Shown here: piece after piece, positions 11,693-23,899 of the stretch
Numbering within the stretch: the first letter of the stretch is position 1
Layout of the letters: each line of letters opens with the position of its first letter
From: Anolis carolinensis
Lineage: Eukaryota
DNA: 64,000 bases
Reading direction: 5' to 3'
Assembly (NCBI RefSeq): GCF_035594765.1
Contig: NC_085842.1
Location: 20,002,782-20,066,781, forward strand
Program-made: the position numbers and the translations under genes
Notes under the pieces: model-generated
Seen by the model: only the letters and a program-made list of their open reading frames with translations
Told to the model about the DNA's origin: nothing
The model's database searches: none

Positions 11693-12516
11693 TCAGCAAA
11701 TGCTGAGTTTCATGTGGCAGCTTCTCTTGGTATGGACTCTCTGATGTAAAGTTAGGCTGTAACTTTGGCTGAAGCCCTTCCTGCACACGGGACAGGTGTA
11801 CGGTTTCTCTCCAGTGTGGATTCTTTTATGTCTGGAAAGGTTGGATTGGTCACGGAAACTCTTGCCACATACAGAGCAGGTATATGGCTTCTTCCCCGTG
11901 TGCATTTTTTGGTGCTCAATGAGCACTGATTTGTCGGTGAAGCTCTTGCTGCAATCTGGGCAGCGGTGTGGTTTTTCCTCCATGTGAATCTCCTGATGCC
12001 TAAGCAAGTGGGCACTCCGGACAAAGCATTTCCCACATTCCAAGCACTGATAAGGCTTCTCTCCCGTGTGGATTATTTGGTGTGACTTCAGATTGTCCTT
12101 CCGACCAAAGCATTTCCCACACTCCAAACATTTATACACCTTCTCCCCTTTTTGGATCCCTGGACGCTTAATCTTATCAGGATCCGAATTCATACATGGG
12201 TTCTCATCTGCAGAAATATTTTGATTCAAGTGTATGCTGGAACTCGTCCCATCATAAAGCATTTCACATTCAGTAATGCTTCCACTCTGATTGAAGGTCT
12301 TTTCAAACATTAAATCTTTTTTGTCCTCAGAGCAAACTGAGATTTTGTGGGAGTTTCCCACATGAAATGGGAAGTATTTGGCTGCCGGTTCTTTCGTGTG
12401 GCTTCCGTCTTGGCTCACTGGGCCTTCTTGGCTCCAAGCATTCTCCTCCAATGCTTCACACTCTGTTCTTTCTGGGGAATCCTCACCTAGTTGCCCCTCA
12501 CTTTTCCATTTATCAC
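11693..12516 (-). CDS. Gene A terminal exon: 5 C2H2 zinc fingers (spliced protein 558 aa)
   Basis: tttatttccaacag|GT acceptor; five CxxC-x12-HxxxH fingers with TGEKPY-type linkers. Confidence 0.92.
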
Positions 12517-14402
12517 CTGTTGGAAATAAAGCAGAAGACAAATTAGGGCCCATTCTCACAATGCCACCTGAAAGCTTCCCACAAAGGTTTAGGGGGAACA
12601 AGACACAGTGGTTGCTCCCAAGACTTAGGATAGTCTGAGAAAGTTTCTGAATCTTGAATAAGAGCCTAAAGGAAAATTGAACCCTATACTGTTTTTGTTA
12701 TTGACTCATTATTTTTTTATTTTGTAAAGAAACATAATACATCGAAAGTGGTGGAACAATGTATTGATAGGAAAGTGAGGGAGGTGAAAGGGTTCTGAAA
12801 ATAGGTGAAGAGAGAAAACTGGAGGGGGGAAAAAAAAGAAAGAAAGAAAAAAAACGAAAAAAAACTGGTTGACCAATAGGGAAGGGAACCCTATACTGTT
12901 TTTCTATTTTTTTCATTTCCTTCCGTTCCTTGCGCAGCATCCATTTATGTTGTTCAACAAGCTTCATGTTTATTTATTCCAATTATTTCCCTTATACAGC
13001 TCCTTCATGACATGTAACAACTGTTGTTGACCTACACTGATTATGAGATAGGTACAAGACTTTATTACAAACTAAGAGGGTTACTATGCCCACACTTCTT
13101 CTCAGGAGGTTTTTAAATAGATGGGATGGCCATCTGTCAGGGTTCTTTGGCTGTGCTTTCCTGTATGACAGAATGGAGATGAACTGGCTGGTCCTTGCGA
13201 TCTCTTCCAACTCTATGATTCTATGTCATCACAGGACCCACTGATAAGCCCATCACCCACAATATTAGAAATATTTTAAGGCCTCCAAAACAGCAAAATC
13301 CATATGTACAATATGACTTATTGACGCTTAAGGGGAAATAATCTCTCTGGGCATTTGCTAGAACCTCCAGTGTGATTCTATGGTACTCTTCCCCTGGGCA
13401 GTCTTGAACTTCTGACAGCCAGAACTGGATACAATAATCCAGGAGCAGATTGACCAGAGATGATGAGGATTTCCTGGCCAGGGGTCTGCCCATGCCATCC
13501 CTTAACTTACCCCAGGAAAGGGGAATCTTTGGCCTTCCAGATACTACAAGTTTCAGTCCCCTTTGGCATAGCATTACAGGAGCTGGGACCCCATGTACCT
13601 GGCAGACCCTTGGGCTTATTTATTATTTATTTATTTACTTACTATATTTCTACCCTGCTCTTCTCACCCCAAAGGGGACTCAGAGCAGCTTACAATTTGG
13701 CCACTTGAGTGCCACATTGCAAATACATAGTATATAAATATAATACAATACAAATCAAAGCACGTGTAACATAAAATACAAGACAAAAATCACACAAAGC
13801 ATAATGACATCCAGAAATATGATATAAATAAATATTAAGCATTAAAAAAATTAAAAACCAATTAGAATTATTGTGAGATTCATCAATTAAATAGTATATT
13901 TTGCTAAACTCATTCATCAGTGATAAACATGAGACAGCGAAAAAATTAAGAGAGGTCTCTACAAAATACACAAATAAATAAAAAATAAAGTATGAAAACA
14001 AAACAAAAAAAGTCCTCACTAAAGCCCAGGAGGAAGTGTCAAACACTTCCAAGCACTGACAAGAGAAGTGAGCAGCCCCAATCCAAGCCAAGCCTGATTT
14101 AAGTACTAAGTTGATGATCCTAGTACTGAAACATGATATATGCAGCATTTATAGGAATTTGTTTTTTCAATTAGTTCACACAAACACTCTTCATCCATCT
14201 GCCATTGGCCCGGCTCATCTGTCAAATTTTAAAACGCAATGCATCAAAAAGTTTGACTATGCTTGATATATAGACACATTTCATGGGGCTCCACAAGACA
14301 TTTTTGCTTCAAAAAGGGCTCAGCGGATTAAAAATTTGAGGACCCGTGGTCTTGGAAGAACATCCCCAACATCCAATGAAACAAACAGGCTATTCTTCTT
14401 AC

Positions 14403-14529
14403 CCAAAAGTCCAGCATCCCCGCCATCATCTTCCTGTTTGATCTCCACACTAAGCTTCTTCTGCTCAATCTCAGGCAGGGCTTGGCCAACTTCAGGGGAA
14501 CCCACCGTCTCCTCTTCCTCTAATGACAT
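14403..14529 (-). CDS. Gene A coding exon 2: 127-nt degenerate KRAB-A-like exon
   Basis: ttttag|ATG acceptor, TTG G|gtaaga donor; phase 0 to 1 links the SCAN and ZF exons in frame; conserved in all six paralogs. Confidence 0.85.
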
Positions 14530-15080
14530 CTAAAATATTTATCACTTGTTAGCCAAATGTATATTTTAAGTACATGGCTTTCCTCTGCTCTACACTGTCC
14601 TCAAAATATTTGACAGGTAGGTCACGGTCAGAGAAAATAACTAGCCCATGGTCACATGTTTCATGGTCCAGAAAGGACTTGTACCCAGATTTTGCAAGTC
14701 ACAATCTCACATTAAACTTATTGCCTGGGCATTTGATGGGGCCTGCATTCGCTCTTTGCAGGACACTCCACACGACTGCTGTATTTCAACTTTTTCTTAA
14801 ATTAAAATCTCAGTATGCCCACCTCCTCATGGGAATCTGTGGGGGAATTTTGCTGTGCTTTTCTCCTTCCATGGCTGTTTCAAGCACAAAGGAAACCTTT
14901 TATTGGGGCAGAGGGAGTGCTGGGAGATCAAAGAAGGCTCAAAGATAGCCCCATACAGGCTACAATTTACTTACCCCAGGCGTAACTACATTGCAACCCT
15001 TGCTTGATAAATGAAGGTCTGTTGGCACCTTGCCCAAAGCAGCCCTTTGGGAAGCCTGGACCCCAATGAATGGTCCTCAC

Positions 15081-15806
15081 CTGGTTCGCCTGAGGCCTGG
15101 ACTCTCGCTGCTTCTGGAGGAAGTCCTCCGCCAAGGCCACGGCCTGGGAGCAAGTCTCTAGACCACATTCCTTGACCCAGGCCTCTATCTCTGGAGGCAG
15201 GATGGCCAAGAACTGCTCCAAGACCAGCAGCTCCAGGATCTGCTCCTTCGAATGCCTTTCAGGTTTCAGCCACTGGCAACACAGCTCCTGAAGCTGGCTG
15301 TATGCTCCTTTTGGCCCCTCAGCCTCCCTGTAGCAGAACCGCCGGAAACACTGTCGCTGCTCCTCCCTCCGCATGGCATCTCCGTGCAAGATGGCGGCCT
15401 TCACTTTCCCATAATCCTCCCTGTCTTTGGCCTCCAGGCCGGTGAAGGCCCGCTTGGCCTCTCCGCTCAATGCTGGCAGGAGCCGGGGCACCCACTCTTC
15501 CTTGGGCCACCGGCAGGCTTGGGCCACTTGCTCAAAGGAGGCCAGGAAGGCTTTGGCGTCGCCCCACGGCTCCTCCCTCAACTGAGGGGCCTCCCTGTTT
15601 GGGTGAGGGCCTTCCACACTCTTCAGGAACTCCTGCAATTTGGTTTCCCACTGCTGAAGCGAGTCTTTGTCGGGTTCCTGTTCCACATCTGTAGGTCTCC
15701 TTTGAAGGAATGCCTCCGTCGTTCCAACATGGCAGCTCCCTCTCACTTCCCATGACACCTGCCCTGGTATAAGACTTGTAAGGTTTTTTTGGGTCTCCAT
15801 TTTCAT
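15081..15806 (-). CDS. Gene A coding exon 1: extended SCAN (Gag capsid-like NTD + SCAN) of an ESCAN-zinc finger protein
   Basis: ORF MKMET...[23 protein letters not shown]...RQCFRRFCY...[34 protein letters not shown]...QAVALAEDF (SCAN signature); donor CAG|gtgagg at 15080; 726 nt, phase 0. Confidence 0.92.
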
Positions 15807-16927
15807 CCTCGGACAATACTACCTAAAACGGTGGGAAATTGTAGACTCTACCGCAGCAGTCTAAACATCTGCATGGAGCTTTCTGCGTAGAAGACTGGAA
15901 GGGAAAAAAAGAAGGTCATTCAACATTCACATTTTAAAGAGGAAAAGTGACACAAGCATAATTGCAGTGCTGGAATGGAACTGGCAGTTGAATAATTAAC
16001 CAGGGAAAGGGAAAAACAGTCTGGGCCAAGGGGTCCCCAAACTGAGGCCTGCAGGCCAGTTGCACTCCTCCAAGGCTCCCACCCTCAACTTGAGTCTCAT
16101 GGCCAGTAATGGCACTTGTCCCCTCCTGTGGTTGTCTATTAACTGGGTAATAAAGTCATACAATTGCCTCTGTGTCTGTCTCTGTCTCGGTTCTATGTGT
16201 ATATGGGCATTGAATGTTTGCCCTATATGTATATAATGTGATCCGCCCTGAGTTTCCTTCGGGGTGAGAAGGGCGGAATATAAATATTGTAAATAAATAA
16301 ATAAATAAATGGCCACCCGAATTCTGCAATGACTTGAAGGGAAACAACCACACCAGTCCCAACAAACTCGACTATCTCATCAGCCAAAAGCAGGCCTACA
16401 CTTCCCATTGGAATACTGACAATTTTATGTTGGTTAAAATTGTGCTTCATTGTAAATATGGTATTGTTCTTTCATGGTGTTTTTATTTTTGCACTATAAA
16501 AGAGACATGTGCCGTGTGCATTGCGATTCATTGGTTACCCCTCTTTTCCTCCCATAATTAGGACTGGACACAGCTCACAACTTTAAAAAGCAAGCCATCC
16601 AAAAACATGCATTAAGGACATTTTAAAATGGAATTAAACTTGTCAGAGTAACTTAGGCTCATCTCCACTGTCGACTGGGTGCAGTTTGGTGCTCATTTTA
16701 ACTGCCAGGCTCAATGCTATAGAATCAGGGCAGCTGTAGTTTGAAGAAGAAAAGACCTTGTAAAACTGCAATTCCCAGGATCCCCTGCATGGGGCCAGGG
16801 CAGGGTCAGGGGTGTGAACCGCTTTCCTTCTCCAGTGGAGACGCACCCAGGACCCTCACTCCCCGGGCCGCCCTCCTGCTCCTCCCTTCAGACCCGCCTT
16901 GCCTTCCCTTCTCCTTCCTTCCCTCAC

Positions 16928-17282
16928 CTTCTTCCCTTCAGTTTCTTTCCTCTAAATCCAAGAACTCCGCCTTAGATGTTTCTCCTTTTCCTCCAAAAAC
17001 CTCCGGGAAAGAAAAGCCAAAGGCACGAGTTTCCCAAGAAGCCGCTTTTGGAGGAGAAGCCGGACCAGGAAGAGGAGGACACGGGACACATCCGCCCAAA
17101 ACAAAGCACCGCAGGAAGTCCTCTCTAGCCACCTGTAGTTCAAGATCTCGGAGGTCTGCCTTCAAGCCGCCTTTGATCCTCCAGGCTTTTGGACTCCAAC
17201 TCCCAGAAGACCCCGCTTCCTTGGACAAAGGAACTCTGGGAACTGAAGTCAAAACTGCCTGAAAAAGAGCTTGGGAAACACT
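16928..17282 (-). promoter_or_regulatory. Gene A putative promoter and non-coding exon 1
   Basis: CpG-retaining block repeated upstream of every paralog; GAAG|gtgagg donor at 16927; ETS-like CAGGAAG and ZNF143-like ACTCCAACTCCCAGAA motifs. Confidence 0.65.
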
Positions 17283-17814
17283 TGGGTTTTGAAGCTGGGA
17301 GGAAACGCTTTTCTCAAGGGGGAAGAAATGCCTCGGAAAATGTTTGAATAAAGTACTTTTTTTCCAGTTTACCCATGAGAAGAAGTGTAAATAAGGACTG
17401 TTTTTTAAAATTATTTATTCTTGAATTTTTATCATGTTGGTTTTTAAATTATATTTATCCTTGTTAACATTTTCATCCTTCTCATAGTCACACCTCATAA
17501 CACTAGAGTTTAGATCCACTTTGTGGAGGGGCCTTTAAACAGCTCAGCCAGACAGGTCCTGGGCCTCATTAAACTACAAATCCCAGAATTCTGCAGGAAG
17601 CAGAAACCGGATTTAAAATGGATCCATGCTCTGGTGTGATGAGGCCATAAAATGGTATTTCCATGGCCATTTCAATCTCCTAGCTTTCTCTGTCTGTTCT
17701 GTATCAAACGTGTGCTGTGAAAATTGTCTGTAGATTATTGATGATGCCCACCCCCACACCCCACCCCCGAATTGTCAAACCCACATGATCAAAGGCTTGG
17801 AAACTATGGGTATG

Positions 17815-18041
17815 TTTTATTTATTTATTTACAGCATTTATATTCCACCCTTCTCACCCCGAAGGGGACTCAGGGCGGATCACATTACAGTATAGGCAAA
17901 CATTCAATGCCTTTAACATAGAACAAAGACAAGACAAACATAGGCTCCGAGCGGGCCTCGAACTCATGACCTCCTGGTCAGAGTGATTCCTTGCAGCTGG
18001 TTGAAACAGGCTGCTCTCCAGCCTGCGCCACAGCCCGGGCC
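17815..18041 (-). mobile_element. Internally deleted SINE2-like element
   Basis: Head and tail match 6311-6770. Confidence 0.7.
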
Positions 18042-18398
18042 TTAGAGAACAGGTTAAGATGGGCATGTTTACATATCTCAAAGGCTTGTTTTCTGCTGCT
18101 CTGGAGACTTGGACACAAAAAACTCAGGGATAAAAATGACAGGAAAGAAGGATTCCACTTAAACATTGGGATGAACTTCCTGACAGACAGAGCTCTTCAG
18201 CCATAGTACGTGCTGCTACCTTGGAGTGGGTGTAATCTCCGCCTGTGGAAGTTTTTAAACAGAAGCTGGATGGCCTTCTGTCTGGAATGCTTTGATGGTG
18301 TGCCCCTGCATGGTAGAAGGGGTTGGACTTGATCAGACCCTTTTGGGGTCTCTTCCAACTCTAGGATTCAATGTCTAGGGATCCCTCAGCACTACCAG

Positions 18399-20143
18399 CT
18401 CTCGTGGTGTCTTCTTGGTAAGGTCTCTCGTGGCGTCTTCTTGGTGAGGTCTCTCGTGGCGTCTTCTTGGTGAGGTCTCTCGTGGCGTCTTCTTGGTGAG
18501 GTCTCTCGTGGCGTCTTCTTGGTGAGGTCTCTCGTGGCGTCTTCTTGGTGAGGTCTCTCGTGGCGTCTTCTTGGTGAGGTCTCTCGTGGCGTCTTCTTGG
18601 TGAGGTCTCTCGTGGCGTCTTCTTGGTGAGGTCTCTCGTGGCGTCTTCTTGGTAAGGTCTCTCGTGGCGTCTTCTTGGTAAGGTCTCTCGTGGCGTCTTC
18701 TTGGTAAGGTCTCTCGTGGCGTCTTCTTGGTAAGGTCTCTCGTGGCGTCTTCTTGGTGAGGTCTCTCGTGGCGTCTTCTTGGTGAGGTCTCTCGTGGCGT
18801 CTTCTTGGTAAGGTCTCTCGTGGCGTCTTCTTGGTAAGGTCTCTCGTGGCGTCTTCTTGGTGAGGTCTCTCGTGGCGTCTTCTTGGTAAGGTCTCTCGTG
18901 GCGTCTTCTTGGTAAGGTCTCTCGTGGCGTCTTCTTGGTAAGGTCTCTCGTGGCGTCTTCTTGGTGAGGTCTCTCGTGGCGTCTTCTTGGTGAGGTCTCT
19001 CGTGGCGTCTTCTTGGTGAGGTCTCTCGTGGCGTCTTCTTGGTGAGGTCTCTCGTGGCGTCTTCTTGGTGAGGTCTCTCGTGGCGTCTTCTTGGTGAGGT
19101 CTCTCGTGGCGTCTTCTTGGTGAGGTCTCTCGTGGCGTCTTCTTGGTGAGGTCTCTCGTGGCGTCTTCTTGGTGAGGTCTCTCGTGGCGTCTTCTTGGTG
19201 AGGTCTCTCGTGGCGTCTTCTTGGTAAGGTCTCTCGTGGCGTCTTCTTGGTAAGGTCTCTCGTGGCGTCTTCTTGGTAAGGTCTCTCGTGGCGTCTTCTT
19301 GGTAAGGTCTCTCGTGGCGTCTTCTTGGTAAGGTCTCTCGTGGCGTCTTCTTGGTAAGGTCTCTCGTGGCGTCTTCTTGGTGAGGTCTCTCGTGGCGTCT
19401 TCTTGGTGAGGTCTCTCGTGGCGTCTTCTTGGTGAGGTCTCTCGTGGCGTCTTCTTGGTAAGGTCTCTCGTGGCGTCTTCTTGGTAAGGTCTCTTGTGGC
19501 GTCTTCTTGGTAAGGTCTCTCGTGGTGTCTTCTTGGTGAGGTCTCTCGTGGCGTCTTCTTGGTAAGGTCTCTCGTGGCGTCTTCTTGGTAAGGTCTCTCG
19601 TGGCGTCTTCTTGGTAAGGTCTCTCGTGGCGTCTTCTTGGTAAGGTCTCTCGTGGCGTCTTCTTGGTGAGGTCTCTCGTGGCGTCTTCTTGGTGAGGTCT
19701 CTCGTGGCGTCTTCTTGGTGAGGTCTCTCGTGGCGTCTTCTTGGTAAGGTCTCTCGTGGCGTCTTCTTGGTGAGGTCTCTCGTGGCGTCTTCTTGGTGAG
19801 GTCTCTCGTGGCGTCTTCTTGGTGAGGTCTCTCGTGGCGTCTTCTTGGTGAGGTCTCTCGTGGCGTCTTCTTGGTGAGGTCTCTCGTGGCGTCGTCTTCT
19901 TGGTAAGGTCTCTCGTGGCGTCTTCTTGGTAAGGTCTCTCGTGGCGTCTTCTTGGTGAGGTCTCTCGTGGCGTCTTCTTGGTGAGGTCTCTCGTGGCGTC
20001 TTCTTGGTGAGGTCTCTCGTGGCGTCTTCTTGGTAAGGTCTCTCGTGGCATCTTCTTGGTAAGGTCTCTCGTGGCGTCTTCTTGGTAAGGTCTCTCGTGG
20101 CGTCTTCTTGGTAAGGTCTCTCGTGGTGTCTTCTTGGTAAGGT
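18399..20143. repeat. 26-bp minisatellite, about 67 copies
   Basis: Unit CTCTCGTGGCGTCTTCTTGGT(A/G)AGGT. Confidence 0.98.
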
Positions 20144-20537
20144 TTCTTCCAAGAAATTCACTTTACCAGAACCTTCCTCTGAGGCTGAGAGAGTGGGGCT
20201 TGCCCAAGGTGAGTTCCCCTGGTTGGGGTCCTAGTTTTCCAGTCCAAAGCAGAAAACCTATGATCCTGGGATACAAGCCTGTCTGGAAGGGCCTACACAT
20301 AGGCTTAAGGTCCTCAAGATTAATGGAGGAAACCCATGAATCAAACCCTTGCAATGGGAACGCTGGAATGCAGAAATAGCCCCGTGAGGGTTGAACACGC
20401 TCAGGAGGCACACAATGGGATCGGTTTGGGGAGAGAAGAGATTCAGCAACTAGGTTAAACGTTAAGCTTATTATACTGTTAGAATTCACAGTAATCACAA
20501 AAAATATGATATGGGTTTTGTACAGTTTCTCTTAAAT

Positions 20538-20927
20538 AGTATATAAGTGGGCTATTTGTGTTAAGCTTACTAACTCAGGAACCCATTCACATTGTACATT
20601 TCGGAAAGATTGCCATGGGAATTTGGGAGTTGTAGTTCGCCCTTATCCAGAGTGCACTGAACCCAGCTGACAACGGATCTGGACCAAATTTGGCACACAG
20701 ACCTAACATGGCCAACTTTGAAGACTGGAGGCATTTTTGGAGGATTGACCCAAGATTTTTGGGAATTGTAGTTCACCCACATCCTTATGCATTATCTTAT
20801 GGGAACATTCATAAAAAACGAAAGCAAAGAAACAATGCATCATAGGACCAAATAGATATTATCTCACATCCAAAAACAAACAAGGCCGTTTTCAAATAAC
20901 CTGGGCACTGCCGAATAGCCAAGCTAG
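20538..20927 (+). mobile_element. Helitron-like element (paralog of 30049-30722; 3' remnant also at about 41940-42177)
   Basis: Shared internal repeats and ...GCCAAGCTAG end. Confidence 0.65.
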
Positions 20928-21383
20928 AACTCATATACAGGTCAACATCATATATACGTTGTGGGCAAGTTTTGGGGCCAAAATGTTGGGTTTTGACACC
21001 CTCTCTATGGCTCCCAGAGGCCTCCTACCTAAGTATTCAATGCTATTAGCAATGCCGTGGTTGAGAGAAGGGTCGGTGTTTCTTTTAGGTTCTTCCAGGA
21101 TGGATAAGGTGTTGTCTTTTGCCACTCTACTTAGATACAGAGATAATCCCTTTATAAAAAATAAGAATTAGTGTATACTATTTACATTGACCTGTGGATA
21201 ATTATTTATTTTATTTATTTATTTACAACATTTATACCCCGCCCTTCTCACCCGAGGGGGCTTACAAAAATTGCCAAAATTTAATGCCCAAGGAATACAA
21301 TCATAAAAGCAAAAGTATACCTAGGATTTTGAGAGTTGATTTTTTTGACTAGGATTTCTAGACTTATACATGACTATATAGGT

Positions 21384-21930
21384 CAGGGGTCCCCAAAGTA
21401 AGGCCCAGGGGCTGGATGAGGCCCTTGGAAGTCAGTTACCCAGCCCTTGCCTCCAAACTTTGGTTCTAGGGTCACCTTCAATCTGAAACTAGTTGAAGGT
21501 CCACAAGAACAACAATCCTAATTAACTTGATCCTCCCCTCTCCCCTCTTTGAAAGAACCTTAGAAGACCTTAAGAAAGCTCAGAACATTCTGAAAGACCC
21601 ATTTAACCCAGAATATTCAGATAAAACAGACAGCTTTTATCCTAGAGCTGTAACGATATTGAACTCCATTGTTTGGCAGTGATGTGGCACTGGGGGCTGT
21701 GCAGTGGTGGATGGAGTGTGGAGGGATGGGTGTGTTGTTTTTTTAATCTGTGCTGGGGAAAGCATTTAATTTTGTTGTACAATGACAATGAAGTCATTCT
21801 ATTCCATTCAAATATGATATGCGCTGTGTGCATAGGGATTTGTTCATTTTTTCTCCAAAGTACAATGTGGCCTCCCTATAGTCTGAGGGACAGTGAACTG
21901 GCCCTCTTTTTAAAAGTCTGAGGACGCCTG
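21384..21930. mobile_element. hAT-type MITE in the 3' flank of ZF genes, with a nested Rex1-like LINE 3' end
   Basis: TIRs CAGGGGTCCCCAAA / TGAGGACGCCTG, 8-bp flanks atataggt / gtataggg; nested DSFYPRAVT.LN plus ATTCT tail; paralogous copies after A, C, D and E. Confidence 0.7.
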
Positions 21931-22091
21931 GTATAGGGTATTCCTTTTTAAGATGCCACTCAGTGAGAAGACTAACAGAGCCATGCTGGCATTCAGCAAA
22001 TGCTGATTGTCGTGTGGCATATTCTCTCGTCATGGATTCTCTGACGTAAGGTGAGGCTAGTAGTTTCACTAAAGCCCTTCCCGCAGTCTGG

Positions 22092-23218
22092 TTAGGAGTA
22101 CGGTTTCCCTCTGGTGTGGATTCTCTTATGTCTGACAAAGGTGGACCGGTCATTGAAACTCGTATTGCATTCTGTACACTTATAGGACTTCTCTCCAGTG
22201 TGAATCTTCTGGTGTTTCTTGAGATGGGCACTCTGACCAAAGCATTTCCCACACTCCAAACACTGATACGGCTTCTCCCCAGTGTGAATTCTCTGGTGTG
22301 ACGTGAGGTTGCCCTTCTGACCAAAGCATTTCCCACACTCCAAGCACTGATACGGCTTCTCTCTGGTGTGGATTCTCTTATGTCTGACAAAGGTAGACCG
22401 GTCACTGAAACTCTTATTGCATTCTGTACATTTATAAAGCTTCTCCCCAGTGTGAATTTTCTGATGTGACTTGAGAGAGTAACTCCAACCAAAGCATTTC
22501 CCACACTCCAAGCATTGATACGGCTTCTCCCCAGTGTGAATCTTCTGGTGTGACGTGAGGCTGCCCTTCAGACCAAAGCATTTCCCACACTCCAAGCACT
22601 GATACGGCTTCTCTCTGGTGTGGTGTCTCTTATGTCTGAGAAAGGTGGTCTGGTCACTGAAATTCATATTGCATTCTGTACATTTATAGGGCTTCTCCCC
22701 AGTATGAATCTTTTGGTGTGACATGAGGTTGGCCTTCTGACCAAAGAATTTCCCTCTCTCCAAACGTTTAAACAGCTTTTTCCCTTTTGGGATCCCTGGA
22801 TGGTTCATCTTACCAAGATCCGAATTCATACACTGTCTCTCATCTGCAGGAATATTTTGATTCAGGTATATGTTGGAACTTGTCCCTTCATAAAGCGTTT
22901 CACATTCAGTGAGGCTTCCATTCTGATTTAATGTATTTGCAAACATTAAATCTGATTCATTCTCAGGGTGAAGTCTACTAAGAACACTGGAGAAAGCGGC
23001 CCCCTTTTTTTCTTCCTTGCTTTCCTGCTGGATTGAGATTTCGTGGGAGTCTCCCACCTGAAAGGGGAAGGATTTGGCTTCCAGCTCTTTCGTGTGGCTT
23101 CCATCTTGGCTCGCAGCCCCATCTTGGCTCCAAAAATTCTCCTTTAATGCTTCACACTCTGTTCTTTCTGGGGAATCCTCACCTGGTTGCCTCTCATTCT
23201 CACTTTTCCTTTCATCGC
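22092..23218 (-). CDS. Gene B terminal exon: 1 degenerate + 7 intact C2H2 fingers (spliced protein 661 aa)
   Basis: caacag|GC acceptor; first finger lacks both Cys (KRLERG); TAA replaces the first Cys of a final relic finger. Confidence 0.9.
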
Positions 23219-23899
23219 CTGTTGGAAATAGAGCAGAAGGCAAATTAAGACCCATTTTCACCATGAAAATTTCATAGTCTGAGAAAGTTTCTGAACTTTG
23301 AATAAGAATCAAAAGAAAAGTTGAAACCTGTAAGATTTTCTATTTTTCATTTCCTTCTGTTCCTCACGCAGATACAACTTTCAATCTTTTCTGGCAAAGC
23401 ATTACAGCAGCTTGGAGCCCCATGTACCTGGCAGACTCTTGGGCTTAGACTATCTGAAGCTCTAAGGCTGTGGTTCTCAACCTGTGGATCCCCAAATGTT
23501 TTGGCCTACAACTCCCAGAAATACCAGCCAGTTTACCAGCTGTTCGGATTTCTGGGAGTTGAAGGCCAAAACATTTGGGGATCCACAGGTTGAGAACCAC
23601 TGGTCTAAGGTTAAGTGAACGAACCCAAAGGGTGCTCACTAATGCTTCCTTTTTTGCTGGAAAGAAGTGACAAGTGGAGTGCCATAAGCAGGGTTCCGCC
23701 CTGGGTCTGGTTCTGTTCAACATCTTTATTAATGACTTACATGAAGGGTTAGAAGGCATGATCATCAAGTTTACAGATGACACCGATCACTCTATGATTC
23801 TAATGGAAGGCCTTAGGGGGAGAAACAGCCACAGTGCTGTGGTTAGTCTAGGAAAAAAATCCCCAGCATCCAAGGACACCAACAGCCCGTTCTTCTTAC

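Noticed and set aside
14967-15080. ORF-track extensions beyond splice sites (e.g. VRTIHWG..., KKNSLFV..., MFPLNL...)
   Set aside because: Intronic read-through; conserved GT/AG sites define shorter in-phase exons
15252-15755. Recurring antisense and alternate-frame ORFs over SCAN and ZF exons (MPFSFQP..., MAQGRVG..., MGNALVG...)
   Set aside because: Shadows of GC-rich duplicated coding exons; lengths vary among paralogs
11693-15806. Assigning mammalian symbols (ZSCAN/ZKSCAN/ZNF numbers)
   Set aside because: Lineage-specific tandem paralogs; orthology cannot be supported from sequence alone
18399-20143. CRISPR-like appearance of regular repeats
   Set aside because: No unique spacers, no cas genes, eukaryotic context
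18375-20161. 558-aa and 589-aa ORFs on the - strand
   Set aside because: Stop-free translations of the 26-bp tandem repeat; no gene structure
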